A program made the translations under genes and the position numbers. DNA of 62,998 bases, counting the filler, from Olpidium bornovanus S191 (lineage: Eukaryota > Fungi > Olpidiomycota): the NCBI GenBank assembly GCA_017911155.1. It is 30 parts of 30 records of this genome, joined end to end, with 100 filler letters (N's around TTAATTAATTAA, not from the genome) between each part and the next. Parts side by side here need not be neighbours in the genome. Positions count along the whole stretch, not along the records: positions 60,142 to 61,777 come from JAEFCI010003908.1; positions 61,878 to 62,998 come from JAEFCI010006244.1; 28 more parts are not named here. One strand, 5' to 3'. Below the pieces are notes generated by a model, which saw only the letters and a program-made list of their open reading frames with translations, made no database searches and was not told the origin of the DNA. Below are positions 61,643 to 62,998 of this stretch, one piece after another (the first letter of the stretch is position 1; each line of letters begins with the position of its first letter).

Positions 61643-62005
61643 TGAACATGTTGTCTCATGGAAGCCTCACCAAGAAAGATAATACACAGTCACCAGTGGC
61701 ACCGCACGCCGCGGCATCTCGAGATAGCCAATGTATTTTGTCCAGATAGTTATAGGGGCACGACGCCTAGCGACAAGNNNNNNNNNNNNNNNNNNNNNNN
61801 NNNNNNNNNNNNNNNNNNNNNTTAATTAATTAANNNNNNNNNNNNNNNNNNNNNNNNNNNNNNNNNNNNNNNNNNNNCAAAATGAAACACATGGCCGCCC
61901 TTCCGCCGGCCTGCCCGGTCGACAGTTATGTTTTTTTTCCGGCTTTCAAACGCCAGCTGGTTCCTCGAGACGTCCCAAGCGTTACGGGCGAGGTCATTAC
62001 TTTTT

Positions 62006-62043
<38 letters not shown>

Positions 62044-62998
62044 TTTTTGCGGTTAGCCGGGAGGGAGGAGGAGGGAAGGGACGACGTCACGATTTTGTAT
62101 CCAGCGGAAACGAAAGAAACAAAAAAAAAAAAAAAAAAAAAAAAAAGGATAAAGGGGAGGGGCGGGGAGGGGGACTGGGGGGTAAGAGGGATGGCGGGCG
62201 GGACGGGGACTCCGGGGCGAAACGCCGTGAACAATCTCGAGGCCGAAAAAGCAGGCGCGGGCGGTCCTCCCGGCGGCCGCAACAGCCGTCGCGGCGTGGA
62301 GAGGTTTCCGGCCAATAGTTCCGGGTTGCGGGGGGCCCGGAGCGTCGTGACCAGTCCGCCCGCCCGCCCCCTACCCCCCACCCCATTCGGGCCGCAGCTC
62401 CGGCGCGGTTCCCATATGTCTGCAACAAGCGGGCCCTCCTCCTCTCCCCCAGACGGGAATTTTTTTTTTTTTTTTTTGGGGACGGGGCCGGGTAAGGCCA
62501 GCTCGATCCGCCCGCACCTCTCTCGGGTGAAGCATCTTCACCGCGCGCTTGTCGTCCTCGAGGATCGTGCGCTGGTCCATGGGTCGTTCGCGCCGTCAGA
62601 GCCTGCGGGAGATGCGGCGGCAGAGAGATTCCCGCGTGTGTGTTGTGCGTCCGCTTGTTCGACATACGGCAATTTTTTCTTTCTTTCTTTCTTATTATTT
62701 GGGGAGGGGTGGGGGCACGGGGAACCGGGGAAATTGCGAATTGGAGAGCGCGCCGCGCGCGCGCGCGCAAAAAAAAAAAAAAAAAAAAAAAAAAATATTA
62801 ACGCCAAACCGGCGAGCGCTACCGGGTGGGTGGGCGCGGTTTCATCCCAACACCAAGAGTGTAATCAGTTTGTCGGTGATTCGTTTAGCCCTTGCGTTGC
62901 ACGCAAAAGGGGAGTCTGAACGGTGCGCACACGCTGCACGAAATACTTTTTGGAAGGGAACTACAACAGAAACGCTCGAACGGCAAATTATTAGCATG

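Noticed and set aside
62371-62580. MDQRTILEDDKRAVKMLHPRE plus TYGNRAGAAARM has spacing like the start of a Las17/WASP WH1 domain
   Set aside because: Only a few identities, and the downstream exons did not continue the match; cannot be supported without a search.

Overview
This is not a contiguous locus. It is 30 short contigs (about 1.1-4 kb) joined by 29 artificial 100-bp spacers (N44-TTAATTAATTAA-N44), so gene neighbourhood across spacers is meaningless. The DNA is from an intron-rich, GC-rich eukaryote whose introns are full of homopolymer runs. Gene content is fungal (OLE1-cytochrome b5 fusion, YPK1, QCR7, ERV41) plus a flagellar gene (CFAP299), which points to a zoosporic early-diverging fungus. 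An Olpidium-like organism is my inference and is unverified. Most contigs hold partial housekeeping genes that I reassembled by hand from splice signals: QCR7, GPALPP1, GCH1, EI24, PUS4, OLE1, ARHGAP39-like, NMNAT, URB1, a subtilisin, PRS, ERV41, METTL16, YPK1, Gemin8-like, TUG/ASPSCR1, 14-3-3, ELP3 and CFAP299. The most notable signals are: (1) an AT-AC (U12-type, minor-spliceosome) intron in URB1; (2) a complete 8-exon bacterial-type MscL channel gene with a C-terminal zinc-ribbon motif; (3) a relic of a virus/plasmid-type replicase (primase-like Zn finger plus UL9-like Walker A) bracketed by a short iterated motif; (4) a probably inactive dUTPase-fold ORF; (5) a Gemin8-like gene; (6) a 9-nt ELP3 microexon that completes two Fe-S cysteine codons; (7) two very short-LTR copia-type elements with a half-tRNAi-Met primer site. 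No rRNA, intact tRNA or CRISPR array was found. All family calls are from motif recall, not database searches.
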